Below the pieces are notes generated by a model. The model ran no database searches. It was not told where the DNA came from and saw nothing but the letters and a program-made list of their open reading frames with translations. A stretch of 64,000 nt of DNA, from positions 99,441,485 through 99,505,484 of the forward strand of contig NC_068981.1 of assembly GCF_001194135.2 (NCBI RefSeq), read 5' to 3'. Positions within the stretch are counted from its first letter, which is position 1; every line of letters starts with the position of its first letter. The DNA comes from Octopus bimaculoides. Its lineage: Eukaryota. Made by a program: the position numbers and the translations under genes. Positions 1 through 12,905 of the stretch are shown here, piece after piece.

Positions 1-204
1 GACCCTTTGAATTACAGGCACAACAGAAACAGGAAGTAAGAGTGAGAGAAAGTTGTGGTGAAAGAGTACAGCAGGGTTCGCCACCATCCCCTGCCGGAGC
101 CTCGTGGAGCTTTAAGTGTTTTCACTCAATAAACACTCACAATGCCCGGTCTGGGAATTGAAACCGCAAGTCCACTGCCCTAACCACTGGTCCATTGCGC
201 CTCC
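1..204 (-). mobile_element. tRNA-derived SINE, (AAC)n-tail family, 5' half, cut by window edge
   Basis: Reverse complement of the head and body of the full copy at 17871-18251. Confidence 0.85.
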
Positions 205-1751
205 TATGTACTTTATATTGAGTTCTATTTCAAAATGAATGCAGCAGGATTTCTCTTCAAAGGATCTAGTGTTTTTCATTACCCAGTAACAAGTACTTAT
301 AGTGATTACAGTAGATCCAAATTTAAAAAGACAGCAGTGATATCTGGTGGGAGGTGGTTATTACAACACTTTCTGTCTTGACATGAAGGCAATGTCAAAC
401 TCCCATATTGAGACCTCTTAGGAAACCACTCTAAGTAGCCAGCTCATTTGCGTGTGCAGACAAAATTCTATTTCAACTATTTATATTAGTCCATCATGCT
501 TATCTATGACATGTTACTAGAATACAGATACTGGTCTTTTTTCAATACACTGATACTAATAATCTTTGATCCTTTCACTTAAGCTATAATTTGTTTTCCC
601 TGTTTGTGTTATAGTAGTGTCCAAATGCTCCTCATAGCACCTTATACCACATTCCTTGTTTTACAATTCATACGCTTGTTAGATTTAAAATCCTGAAGTT
701 ACTATCAGTTTAGAGTGTTTTCTTAAGGGTATGACCTACTAATTCAGTATTCAATAGTTCTGCTTGTTTTCTCAACTACATGAATTCTGTGTTATGTTTT
801 ACTATTTGTGTTAGTTTGCTCCTAGATCTAGCATCAGCAAATATTACATCCTGGAACTTGTTGTCATACTGTGAGTCTCTCTTTGAGCATAGTGAGAGTT
901 TTTTCTCTCCACTTTTCCTTTATAATCTATCTCAGAATTTACTATGTAAATGGGACATACTTCATTCACATTGTCGCTGATAATAGTTTCAAACCTTTTC
1001 TTGGCTCTTTTTCACATCTTGCATGTGAAAACCCACACTTGCTTTTAGGGATAATGAGAAATGCAATATGTATTTTTCAACCCCACTACTAGGTCTGCTA
1101 TTAGTATATTTACATTTATGTTCTCCAAATTAGTGACCACAGATTTCAAATAATGTAAATAGAGGAGCTGTTTTTTGTTGTCTGTAGACTCTAGACATAT
1201 ATCAGTATCTAACAGAGCAGTCAATGGTTAATCTGATGGATGAAATATGCAACATGTTGCATGTTATTCATTGCACTCTCATCTAATTCCTGAATATTAC
1301 CTTGTGGGCTGTTTTAATCATAAGCTTTATGTTATTTCCAAAGTAAAAGTGCATTACCAAAGTTATGAACCTGACTGTCCAGTACTGTCAGTCATCTATC
1401 CCACCATAGTATAAAGAGTTCGACTGTCTCCAGTGATACTGACATCAATGGCTGTAGCTTTCTTCTTCATAGCGTTTTATTGAAACACAAGATGTTGCTC
1501 TTCAGTATCATTTTACTAACACCAACAAGATGTGCAGTCATACTCCTAATTTGATTATGGTTCACAGGATTTGGGATTAAACAATCCCATCTAATGCTCA
1601 ATGAGGTACATTCAAGACAATGGTAAGATGTTGAATTTGGATCTGGTTAGGCAAATATGTTTGAAAATCATATTTAAGTACATAACCAATCACAGAAGAA
1701 ATCCCTGGAAAGGCCACAGATGAATTTGATAATTAATTAATATTAGTTTCA

Positions 1752-1903
1752 AATTTTGGCACAAAGGCCAGTAATTGTAGGGGCAACAGCTTAGTCAATT
1801 ACATTGGATTCAGTACTTCATCTTATTTCTCCCAAAAGGATGGAAGGCAAAATTGGCTGGGGTTGAATTTGAACTCACGACATAAAGAGTCAGAAGAAAT
1901 GCC
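1752..1903 (-). mobile_element. SINE family A fragment (GCCTTTCATCCTTTCGGGGTCG core), decayed
   Basis: Resembles the copies at 12715 and 49885; its head is interrupted by the TTAA MITE. Confidence 0.6.
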
Positions 1904-1907
1904 TTAA

Positions 1908-2129
1908 CTCTTTCAATACCAACCAGGCTGAAACCGCCTCTGGCTCTGTAGTACAAATGTCTTGTTTTCATAAGTTTTGAATTAAAATCTTCCACCAAAT
2001 CTTAGTCACAGTTTATGTTCCTAACACTAACTTAATGATAGTGAAGTTATTTTACTAAATTCTTTGTTATATTTAAAATTAATTGAAAAAAACACAGAGC
2101 ATCTCAAAATAAATATGGTAATGAAAGGG
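1908..2129. mobile_element. piggyBac-like MITE
   Basis: TTAA on both sides (1904-1907, 2130-2133); TIRs CTCTTTCAATACCA and TGGTAATGAAAGGG match 12/14. Confidence 0.8.
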
Positions 2130-3298
2130 TTAAAGCATTCTTCCCATTACACTTACAATCCTGTTAGCTCATTGCCTTCATTAATTAATTAACAGTAAAA
2201 AGTAGTCACTAGAGAGTCATTGATAAGGCTACATTTGTGGGTGAAAGACTGTTAGAACAAGTATTCTTGGGGAAAATATTAAACCTGACACAAGTATATT
2301 TCCTGTGAGAGAAAATAAATTTATAAATAGCCATGTGTTTATGTTTAAAATATTCATATCTTGTACTTAAACCTTTTTCTCTTTATTTTTGTTAGTAACT
2401 TCTTTCTTCTCTGTTTGCATTTTCTTTCACTCCTTGTATCTTTAATTTTTCCTTTCACTTTCCCATTTTTTTTAGTTTCTTTTTATTTTCTTCTCATTTT
2501 ATTCCTCTTTCAGTTATTTCAGTCTTTCCCTTCATCTCATCATTATTTCCTTTTCTTCTATTTTCCATCTTTGCTTTCATCTTTCATCCTATTCCTCTTT
2601 TTATTGTTTGTTTTCTTTCATTGTTTCTTCCCATTTGTTTTTTTATTCCCTCATCGTCACCAAGTCATTTAAATGACTAAAATGTTCCTGTAATAGCAAC
2701 CATACCTAATTTTATTTATTTATTTATTTTACAAAAAGAGCTTTGCTTGAAACATCTGGACACATCTCTTCTTACAGCACACAAACTTTTTTCTTATTGT
2801 GAGACTAGTTTGATGTTTATACTTTCATTGAATACTTAAATGATAAAGTGATATCAAATGGTTATACCCAAGTCTCAAAAACTTCATTGCTACACTTCAA
2901 GAAACCAAGGCATTTTTTACATTACCACTCTGAGAAAAACATCAGAGAGGTTAGGATTACAGCTTGACTGAATACTGAAGTTAATTTTGCAATCATGAAG
3001 TTTTTCTGGGTCTGATCCCATTGCACAGCATCTTGGCCAAGTGTCATATACCAAGCCTCAGGTTGATCCAAATTTTGTAGATGAACTTGGCTAAATGGAC
3101 ACTGTGTGGAAACTCATTAGATATGCTATTTTTAATTCAAAGGCTCAGCTGTATCTTAACTAATTGTGGGTGAGATTTATATTTGGGATACAAGTAGTGT
3201 CTTTTTTTTTAATGCATGTTGACTTTCGTTGTTAGAGTTGTTTAATGTTAACAACCTCACATGAAAATCTAACATGCTTGCATTGTAGAAGAAACTCA

Positions 3299-3672
3299 GG
3301 AAAGACTTCCTCCCGTCCCCCCACCTCCACCATTTTCTTGCAAATTATTGTTTTTTTTTTAAATTTTTTTTTTTTTTCCAAAAACCCACATTTTCGGATT
3401 CCGGAATACTGCCAAAAATCGGAATTTTGAAATTTTTTGACCCACCCTCCCATCTTCATTTTTCCCTTTTTTACATAAGCCTAACCCTAAAATCCCAACC
3501 CTAACTCTAACCCTAAAACCCTGACCCTAACCCTAATTTAAAAATGCCAATTTTTGCCAATTTTTTTGCAGATTCGTATTCTCCGTAGGCAAAAACGGGG
3601 GTCTGTGTAGAAAAAAAAAATTAAATAAAAAAAAAGGGGTGTCTTTGTAGGGGGACAAAAGGAAGTCTTGCT
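3299..3672. mobile_element. Merlin-like non-autonomous DNA element with long imperfect TIRs and an internal telomere-like tract
   Basis: Perfect 8-bp TSD GAAACTCA (3291-3298, 3673-3680); ends GGAAAGACTTCC and GGAAGTCTTGCT; degenerate (CCCTAA)n at 3480-3536. Confidence 0.75.
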
Positions 3673-3699
3673 GAAACTCACTGTTCATTAATATTGCTA

Positions 3700-5290
3700 T
3701 AGATATTTCCATCAATGTCTCAATGTACACAACGGTGCCAGCACACTCGGCGGTCAACCTATTGACTGACTGCATAACAGCGTCCGACATCCAATGTTTT
3801 GGACTTAGTGCAGCTGATATACATCAACTTTTGTCCATCATCGTGGACAATACCTACTTCTCTTTCCAGGACCACATATACAAACAGACAACAGGTCTCC
3901 CTATGGGATCCAGTCTCTCAGGCCTACTAGCCATCACTTATATGAACCATCTGGAACGTCGAGCACTCAACATCTACCGATCATATGGCTTCTTCACCAG
4001 GTACGTAGATGACATCCTCATACTCACATCCTCCCGTGAAGAGGCTGACAGAATATTCATGATGTTCAATAACATGGACATGAACATAAAGTTCACTATA
4101 GAACGTCCCAACATCACTGGATCACTATCACTACTTGACTTCAAACTTAATATAACGGAAGAAGGGGAGATCTACACCGAGTTCTACAGGAAAGCAGCCA
4201 GTAGAGATATGTTTGTCCAATATAATTCAGCACTTCCACTCGGTGCCCAAATAGGATATGCCAGAAATGAACTTGCACGCATCCAGGGCAAGTGCAGCAG
4301 AATGGAGTACAAGGTGACCCACACTACATGCTTCCTAGATATATTGAAAACCAATGGGTACCCTTGATCCATTGTAAATCAGCTTAAGTACCCAAGACGA
4401 CTAACACGCTGATCACATAGAAAACCCAGCAACACATGCTTCCTTAAAATACCCCATTTTAGTGAGAGGATAACTACAGCCATCTGAAGAGCCATAAGAA
4501 GAGAAGGGCTAGACATACAACTAGCCCACTCCAGCCCCTCTCTGAGAGGACAACTCGCAAAGAAATGAACAAGGGACAACAGTAAATGCACACTAACAAA
4601 CTGTCCCATCCATGGCACAGATTTATGCCATCAGGTAAATGTTGTGTATAGAATACAATGTAACAAATGCAACAAGTTCTATGTGGGTAGCACAACAAGA
4701 CCATTACACATCCACATCAAAGAATATCTGAACAGGAGAGCCTCCTCTTTCAGAAAACATCTAGACAGATGCCAGAACAACGACAAAAGCATAACAGTCA
4801 CAATTGAGGCCAATGAAAGAAATTTGGGTAATTTAAGAATTAAGGAAGCTATACTCATACACAGACTAGGGCCCCAAATTAACAACAGGCTGGAGGTTAG
4901 CAATCAATATATTATTTAGCTACATCTGGATATGTGTAGGTTCATTTTTGATAATATGCTCATCTATTGTTTATAACAAAAAATGAGAAGAGAAAAAGAA
5001 AGGAAGCTGCATGTATAATATATAACTTAGAAGCAGCACTATGGATGTACCAGCATACACGAGATTGAGACATGGCTGACCTCACGCACTTCTCATGAGG
5101 AATTCCTGAAGAAGCTTCGTGAGACCACTGCTGTGATGCTTCTGAAAAAAAAAAATAGCCATTTGAAAACCGATTATAGCAGCGATTCTATCTAAGAATA
5201 TCTGAAGAAGGAATTTTATTCCGAAATATTATCAGACTATGGATGACTAAATTACAACAGGTATATAACCCATTGTTTGTATTATAGTAC
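3700..5290 (+). mobile_element. Penelope-like retroelement (RT plus GIY-YIG endonuclease), 5'-truncated and interrupted by stops
   Basis: ORF 3723-4367 has the PLE RT motifs SMYTTVP, QTTGLPMGSSLS, RYVDDILI, KFTIE, YRK. ORF 4644-4919 has VYRIQCNKCNKFYVGSTTRPLHIHIKE (GIY-YIG). A 3' pLTR-like region follows with CTGAAGA...GAAA motifs. Confidence 0.92.
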
Positions 5291-5629
5291 ATTGTTGTAC
5301 CATTCAAAACTTTTTATTCTTTACAAATGCTAATAGTATTATCAAATGTTCTATATGAACATTTGACCTACTTAAAAAAGCAGTTAAATCTCTCCCATAT
5401 TGCACACTACCATCTATAAAACAAATACATGTTAAATAATGTAGAGCAAGATATAATGCTATATCTGAATGAAAGACAGGATGGTCATGTCTAGAATGCC
5501 TTTGACCATTGATTGACTTGAAGAGGGCTGACTTGGGACTAAACATTATTCATGACTGATTGGTTTCTGATTAAATACATTTAGTTAATTACACTAAATT
5601 AAAGTATATTCTTAATATAGCGATGACTG

Positions 5630-5880
5630 CATTTTTTTTCTTATCTTCTCAAGTCTTGCCAACTCACAAGGGATGGTTTCCCAGTTTCATGGTGTATATA
5701 TTCTGCATTTGGATGGGACATCAATCCATTGCAAGATTACTCATTTTTGCCAGCTGAGTGGACTGGAGCTATGGGATATGAAGTGTTTTGCTCAAGAACA
5801 CAACACGTTACCTGGTCCAGGAATTGAAACCACAATCTTACAATCATGAATCCAATACCCTAACCACTAAGCCACATCCC
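5630..5880 (-). mobile_element. tRNA-derived SINE (family C)
   Basis: Minus strand begins TGGCTTAGTGGTTAGGG (A box) and GGTTTCAATTCC (B-box-like). Confidence 0.65.
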
Positions 5881-8194
5881 AATGACTGACCCTTCTCTGC
5901 AGGGCCAGTTGATACTTCAGCTTGCAGCAATTATTGGTATTTTGCAAAACACAGGTGAGGTTCACAATGAAATATTCCTCCCACAAACACATGTAAGTTT
6001 GTTTTCATGGGAAGAATTCAGTTTTCCTTGCACATACTGTTAAAAATTTCTAAACCGCAATACACTATAGATTAACTGATCACAATTATCTCCCAAGGCA
6101 TTGAATTCCTCTTTTATAGTCATTGAATTAACCTAATAGTGCTCTATTTTAAAACTAGAAATCTAGTGAGGCTAATTATCACACTTAACTCTTTTACTGT
6201 GGAAATGAAATCTAATCATTCTAAATTTCATTACTCTTAACTGTGGAAGGCAGTTTTATATACCAATCTATCTTATGATGAGTAACATCACATTTGAAAC
6301 TATTTTTTGTCGGGATATGTCAAGTTTATTTAGGTAATGACTTGCAGAGAATACAAATTCTTTTTTTTTTTTTTTTGGTAGATATCTAACATCATTACGG
6401 GAATAACCATGAAATTTATTGCGAACATGTACTTGCATAGCAAGTGACCTGATCTGAGATCGTGTGCTGGAATTAAAACAATTGCAGCGTGGAAGGTGTT
6501 TATAAGCCATTTAAAATAACACACAAAAACTGTTAGATTCACTTCAACATTTAAATTTAATTTGTCAAAATATTTTCGTCGCTTTGAGACCGCGACCTGT
6601 TCACTGACAAAATTCTATGCTAATTTCACAGTTAGAGGGTTAACTACTAATAAATGAAAGCTCACAAATTTAGTCATAACATCTTTCATGTTACTTTATG
6701 AGAAAATTAAGTTCTTAAATGGGTGAAAAAGTACCATATCATTAGAAGATATCCATGACAAAGAGAGAGAGAGAAAACCAAAAAGACATGGTAAAAAACA
6801 GTCCAATCAGATCTCAGGAGACTGGGTCAACACAAATTTACACAGAGTCAAAATAAGTGATGTTTATGCTTAACAGAAAGCCCATGCAATCCAATTCAAC
6901 ATGAATCACTCCACTCCTTACCAGCAGATAATAAAACATTGATGAGACTTATAATGATGATAATCTGTCCCACTTATGAAAGTAAGGAAGTTGACTGTTA
7001 ATAATTAATGAGTGTGCAATTGTTTTTACATGTCTTGCATACAATACAATTGACTGTGCAGTAATTTAACAGAATATTTCGATTGCTTTGTAGCCTGTAA
7101 ATTATTCAGGTTATCTTAAAATATTTTTACTCTTGCTTAAATCATGATTTCCAATTTTACATTTATCATTTCTCCTTTTATTGTCTTCATTATTATTAAT
7201 ATCAACATCGAGAAAAGAAAGTTTCTATGTGGACAGAAGACTTGCTAAAAATAGCAGTCACATTTCACTCAATCCTATTCTATTTGTCTTTTAAAAAAAG
7301 AGGATGCATTAGACAGTATACTCCTAGACTGACTATGCCTGAGAAAAAAGAAATATGAGATGGTCAGGGCTGGAATGCTTTTTATCATAGGTTTGCTGAG
7401 TTAAGTCTGACTGGAGACAAAAAACAACTTCACTATCACCACCACCATCATCCGCAGCAGCAACACTAACTGAAAGAAGTGATTTGAAATTCTATCCCAA
7501 TTTGTAAGATATAAGAGGCTGTCCTAAACAAGGCATAGATTTGTTAAAAGATTATAGTGATAAATCATTCCAATCTGGTGTTAGCAATAACACAGTTCTG
7601 TTCTCTACAGCAATAGTTTATTTCAATGACCACTTGAAACACATACATATATCTAAGTATGTATGTGTATATTGATGTTGAGTGTGAATATTTACATATG
7701 TATAAACACATAGATAGTAAGAATATATTTATATATTCACACATGTACACATACTCTTTCTTAATTTCTAAGCTAGCTGTTTATGACATGAAATATGTTT
7801 GTGTTTTCTGTGTCTATTCTTTGCCTTTTCTGCTCATTTTGTCTTTCTTATCCATACAAAATAAACAAATGAGTAATTAAGTAGATAAAAAAAACAGTCT
7901 GTATATTGATGTTTGTTAAAGTATTGGATGCCTTGCAGTATACATTCTGACTGTTTTTGCTCTGATATCAACTTTGCTTTCATTTTTTTTTGTTGAGATT
8001 GATTGATAAAGTATCATTCCAATGTTGGAATTGATTCTTCTTCTGTCTCTTTCTCTCTGGCTTGTGCCTGTAATTCAAAAGTTAACCAAAATCAAATTGT
8101 AACACATTAATTTCATGAGTAAGAATTCAGTTGAATGACCTGCTGTATATGTTCAATATAGGCACCAATGGAAAATTCACCCAGTCGTGATTTT

Positions 8195-8325
8195 GTGTAT
8201 ATGCATTAGGAAGGGCATCCAACAATAAAAACCATGCCAAAGCAGACATTGGAATTCAATGCAGTCTTCTGATTGTCGAACTGTCCATTCCATGCCAGCA
8301 TGGAAGACGGACAGTAAAAGATGAT
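8195..8325 (+). mobile_element. RTE-type LINE/SINE 3' tail
   Basis: GGAAGGGCATCC...AAAACCATGCCAAAGCAGAC...CCATGCCAGCATGGAAGACGGAC, shared with 8575, 14445, 22780 and 60622. Confidence 0.7.
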
Positions 8326-8574
8326 GTATATTTTTAGTGTGAGTTATCATTGCTGGTGATCATAAACTTAGACAGGGCAACATCAAGACAAGTATGGAGA
8401 CTATTTTAATGGTACAAAGGAAAGGGGATAAACACTCTTGAAATTTTGAGATGCAAATAATTTAAACTATTTACAATGTAAATATCACTAATCACACCTA
8501 ACACTCAGCTGAGTATGAGAATCATATTGATTTAGTACTTCAGTAAATAAATAAGACAGTTGATGGGCTGCATG

Positions 8575-8770
8575 GTGACCTTAACAGTGTAGGTGGCATG
8601 AAAAATGCACCCATTCCACGTTGTAAAGTGGTTGGCATTAGGAGGGGTATTTGGCCATAAAAACCATGCCAAAGCAGACATTGAAGCTCGATGCAGTCCT
8701 TGAACACACTGGTTCCTGTCACACTGTCCAGCTGATGCCAACAAGGATGTTAAATGATGATGATGATGGT
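8575..8770 (+). mobile_element. RTE-type 3' tail ending in (GAT)n
   Basis: Same tail family; ends GTTAAATGATGATGATGAT. Confidence 0.7.
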
Positions 8771-8946
8771 TGTGATCACTAAATTCCTCTAGTAATGTAT
8801 ACCTTAGCATTAATTAGTTATTAATGACGAAGTTAAAAGACAAGACGGATTTTGGCAAAAGATAAGTAAATGGATGGTTGGGAAATTAAAAGATCTCTAT
8901 ATTAAGGGAAATTTTCAAATAGTAATAACTTGCTTTGCTTCATGTT

Positions 8947-9600
8947 CTTGCTTGATGAGGTTGGGGGTCATCCTAGGTTAGTGGTCCCAGAGACAGCATG
9001 ATGCATAAAGCTGATCAGGTCTACCAGTGCTCCCTATCACTGGTGATTTGGTGCCAGTTCTTCTGCATCCTCCAAGGTGATGTTGAACCTCTGGAGATCT
9101 TCTCCAATGTGGTGTGGAGCCTGCCATAAGGCCTTTTATAGCCCACAACTGCTGTATTAAATAAGAGTAAAGCCCTGGTAGGATGATCAAGTGGGAGATG
9201 GAGGACATGTCTGTACCAGCACATGCAACAAATAGCATGCACACGTACAGTTATTTGCTGGAAAGTACCAAGTGCATCCATTATGCAAAGAAAAAGATAG
9301 AGAAATGATATCACAGAAAGTTTACCATGAGCCACTGACAAGATCTGTGGAAAGAATGATATTAGGGAGCTAAATAAGATACATAATGACAGATATATCT
9401 TGTTGGGAACAAAACTGATAGCAGAACATTTACTAATGCTATATACCAGGAACATAGAAAGTGTGAAGAATTCATGCCTTTTATAATGCATTGTATCTGT
9501 ATGAATCAAGCTAGCATTGAGAAGTGTACCTAAATCAACACTGGTACACTTGGACCCCAAGGTTAAGAACAAGTCATGAAAAAGCTACAGAGAGAAGTTG
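8947..9600 (-). mobile_element. Decayed LINE 3' fragment (RTE-like)
   Basis: 8947-9153 aligns by eye with 37506-37726; minus-strand translation resembles an RTE C-terminus. Confidence 0.55.
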
Positions 9601-12600
9601 GTGAATGAGGAATATAAGTGAGATAGTGTGAGCCTATCCCAAGTCTTTTGAAGATTCACTTTGATATTTAATTTTCAAAGTTTGAGGAAATAAATACCAG
9701 TAACATACAATTAATAGTTTACACAAAATTGATTTAAAACAACCTTTTGTGTTTGGTAAGTTTTAATGGATTGGTACAAGGCATTTAATGTTTCTTTTAA
9801 ATCTCAGATGTTTCTTTTCTTATGTTGTTTGCATAGTATTTTTATTCTTGAATTCAAAAAATGCATTGAAACTTAAGATAAATTATCAGAATACAATACT
9901 GAACTGACACTGTCTGGGTCATGAGTTCAACACTCTGTAGGTGATTCATTGTCTGAGTAGGTCATTTAATTTTACTAAGCTTCTTGCAGTTGAAAGTACA
10001 AGGCTTTTCTGAAAAGATTTTTCAAGTACAGGGTTTTTAATGAGGAAATCATTTGGAGATAAAGTCTCAAAGTAATCTTCAGTCTCACAAGACTTTGTTT
10101 CATGTGTCTGAAGGACAGGTTTTCATGTATTTTAATGCTACAGAATCACCATAACAATCTTGTATTCTCAGGCAATAAATTACTTCAAGGGAGATAAGCT
10201 TTCCTAACACAACACTGAACATCGATATAGTTATTTTCTCATACTTACAATCTGTTGAATGAGATTAGGAAATTCTGTTATTCGCTGTATAAATGTTTAC
10301 ATTTAAAAAAATAAAACAAGGAAAAAACCCCCAATAAAACCACTCATTTGAAACAAAAAATTTTAAAACAAAATGTTTTATGACTTTTTTTTTATTATTA
10401 TTAAAATGGCTATTAGATCAAATAATTTAACAGCGTAGATGTATATCATTATGCCCTCTTTAAATACTAAATGTAGAAATCATAAAATAATATCACATTT
10501 AAACATTTAATTATGAACATGTAATTGGTTAACATTTAACACCACAAACTGTTTCAGGTGAGTAACACTGATCAGAGGTAAGTTCCAGAGGAGTTAATAT
10601 TTATTGTAGCCATTTAATAACATTTCTGTCACTAATATATCACTGAACATGAAAAGCAGCATTTCTCATTTCTTCTCTCATGAATGTTTGCTCATTTTAT
10701 CCTTATGAGTTTGATCAAAGTAAATAGCATGAAGGGGAATGGGGTTGACTAACTTGCTTATAAAACACTCATTGTTGTTGTGTATCATATGCTTTTTGCA
10801 GTGTGTTGACACTACAATGAAAGTCTTCCTGATTAAGCATGAGTTCTACCATCGGATGAAGCCATAACATTATTTTATTCTGACTTTCTTATAGCGTTTT
10901 CTTGGTAGAAATATTGGGGTGGCTTGCCATTACTCTCTGCAACTAGATGACCATCAGCCAACAAAGAGCACCTCTATTCTTCAACAGGTGTTGTCTTTAG
11001 CTCGGCTGGGTGTCTAGACACCCTCCTCACAAGAGTAGCAAGATACTTAAGTGGGGGAGCTGGTTTAGTCACTGACTACTTAATCATGGAACAAGTAGTT
11101 CTGGTTTACATGGTACCAGTAGCAGCTTTTATCAGCCTGTGATGAGATCTCTGACCTGATTTTATTATAAAATATTACAGTAGCACAACATTATACTTTG
11201 GAAACTCAAGATGTTTTTGTCATCAATAATATCAAACAAGCCAAGAAAGCACCCAAATGATCACCAAATTACTATAATTAGAAGCTAAATCTCTCTCAAA
11301 TCACAAGCCTAAACACACTGCCCAAAAATATTTTTTTTTAAATGGCTTTGACTTGAATATACATTTGATTAGAGGTTTGCTAGCCTGGAACTAAGCAATA
11401 ATATCAACATGAACACTTTGACATAGTTTTCAGAAATGCAAGCTAAAACTCAGGTACATAAAGGACAACTTTGTTGTCATCAGAAAGATGTCAAGTTTTC
11501 AATGGAACAAATGAGCTCCATGCATGAATCATCTATACAGCTTACTATGGAGAGGAAAATAATAACCAACTAACATTCTTTGATACACAGGTATAATACA
11601 CAGGAGTAAATGTTAAAGCAACTATGCATTAAAAGCCAGCATCCACTAAATTTTACAATGAATTTCACCATAGCTACCATATTAAAAACGGTATTATTAT
11701 TACATGTCTACATCATATAAACATTTCTCTAATCTAAAAGAGATGTTTATAAACAAGAAGTACATCATCTGAAAAGGAGATTCTTGAAAAATAGAGACCA
11801 ACCATATTTTCTTACACTTATGCCCACTCATAAGTAATTCTAAAGCTATAATTTATTGTAAGCTTATATTATTGAAAAAATCTAACCAAAAAGTGACAAA
11901 ATAATCCTATGGTCAACACAATACCAGGATAGTGTTCAATAGTAGCACTATACCATTTAATTAAGTCACTGGGAGATGGAAGTATTGGAACATCCCATAC
12001 ACATTTAGTAGATTTACAAAAGGAAATAGGATGACCCCTAAAAATACAATGAGAGAACACTGAAAATTTCTAATTAATGTCAAAACAATATGGTCAAGAA
12101 TGGTAGAATATGTATGTTTTGAAAAATGTAAATTATATGCTATAGTAGATAATTTTTTTGTTTTATAACCAAAGAACCATAATACAATTACCCATCATTA
12201 ATTTCACCCTGTAGTGGTGATTCGGAACCTAACCACTAGGTTACTGGTCAGACATGACTGAACCACAATAGTTTCACATGATCAATTAAGCAGCCAGTCA
12301 ATCAGCATGATTTAATCTTTTAGAATATTCTTCTTGTACCCTATGAAAAGCTGTTGTCGTGTTAAGCTTGTTGCAGTATGTTGAGGCAGCTGAGCAATAT
12401 GTGTCTCAATTCTTGCCACACAAAACAACCCCACCAGACAGCCCAGTTAGTCGACCCAAGACAGATGGCCTAGATACATGAACATGAACATCCGTCACCA
12501 CAAAGAGGGCACAAATGTTTTCAGATATGTTGGGCAAACTGCATGTTGCCTTACCAATAACTTGTAAATTCAGAGAGCAGTATTTCTCTCACAGTCTATA

Positions 12601-12714
12601 CTCATTGATGTTGTTAACTGTAAAAGGCCAATGTAGTTTGTCTTTATGTATGACAATAAATTGTTCTGTGAAATGTTTGCAGGTGTTGTTCATTTCTTAT
12701 GTAGGGGCTAAACT

Positions 12715-12905
12715 TAGAGGGGACAAACAAGAACAGACAAAGGGATTAAGTCGATTACATCGACCCCAGTGCGTGACTGGTACTTATTTAATCGACCCCG
12801 AAAGGATGAAAGGCTAAGTCGACCTCGGCGGAATTTGAACTCAGAACTTAAAGACAGACGAAATACCGCTAAGCATTTCGCCTGGCGTGCTAACGTTTCT
12901 GCCAA
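12715..12905 (-). mobile_element. SINE family A, young CpG-rich copy
   Basis: Nearly identical to 49885-50092; ORF track entries 12769-13053 and 49873-50202 share the same translated text. Confidence 0.85.

Noticed and set aside
2361-2672. 103-aa Phe/Leu-rich ORF (similarly 36266-36691)
   Set aside because: Translation of low-complexity pyrimidine tracts.
3480-3760. Telomere-like repeats next to a Penelope RT, suggesting an Athena-type telomeric retroelement
   Set aside because: The repeats lie inside a separate TSD-bounded element, and this Penelope element has a GIY-YIG endonuclease, unlike endonuclease-less telomeric PLEs.
5903-5954. 52-nt plus-strand segment with good acceptor and donor
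   Set aside because: No partner exons or recognisable peptide; cannot be distinguished from chance.
8014-8067. Apparent minus-strand terminal exon AQAREKETEEESIPTLE*
   Set aside because: Its acceptor region TTTGAATTACAGGCACAA matches the body of the (AAC)n-tail SINE (positions 6-23), so it is a SINE remnant.
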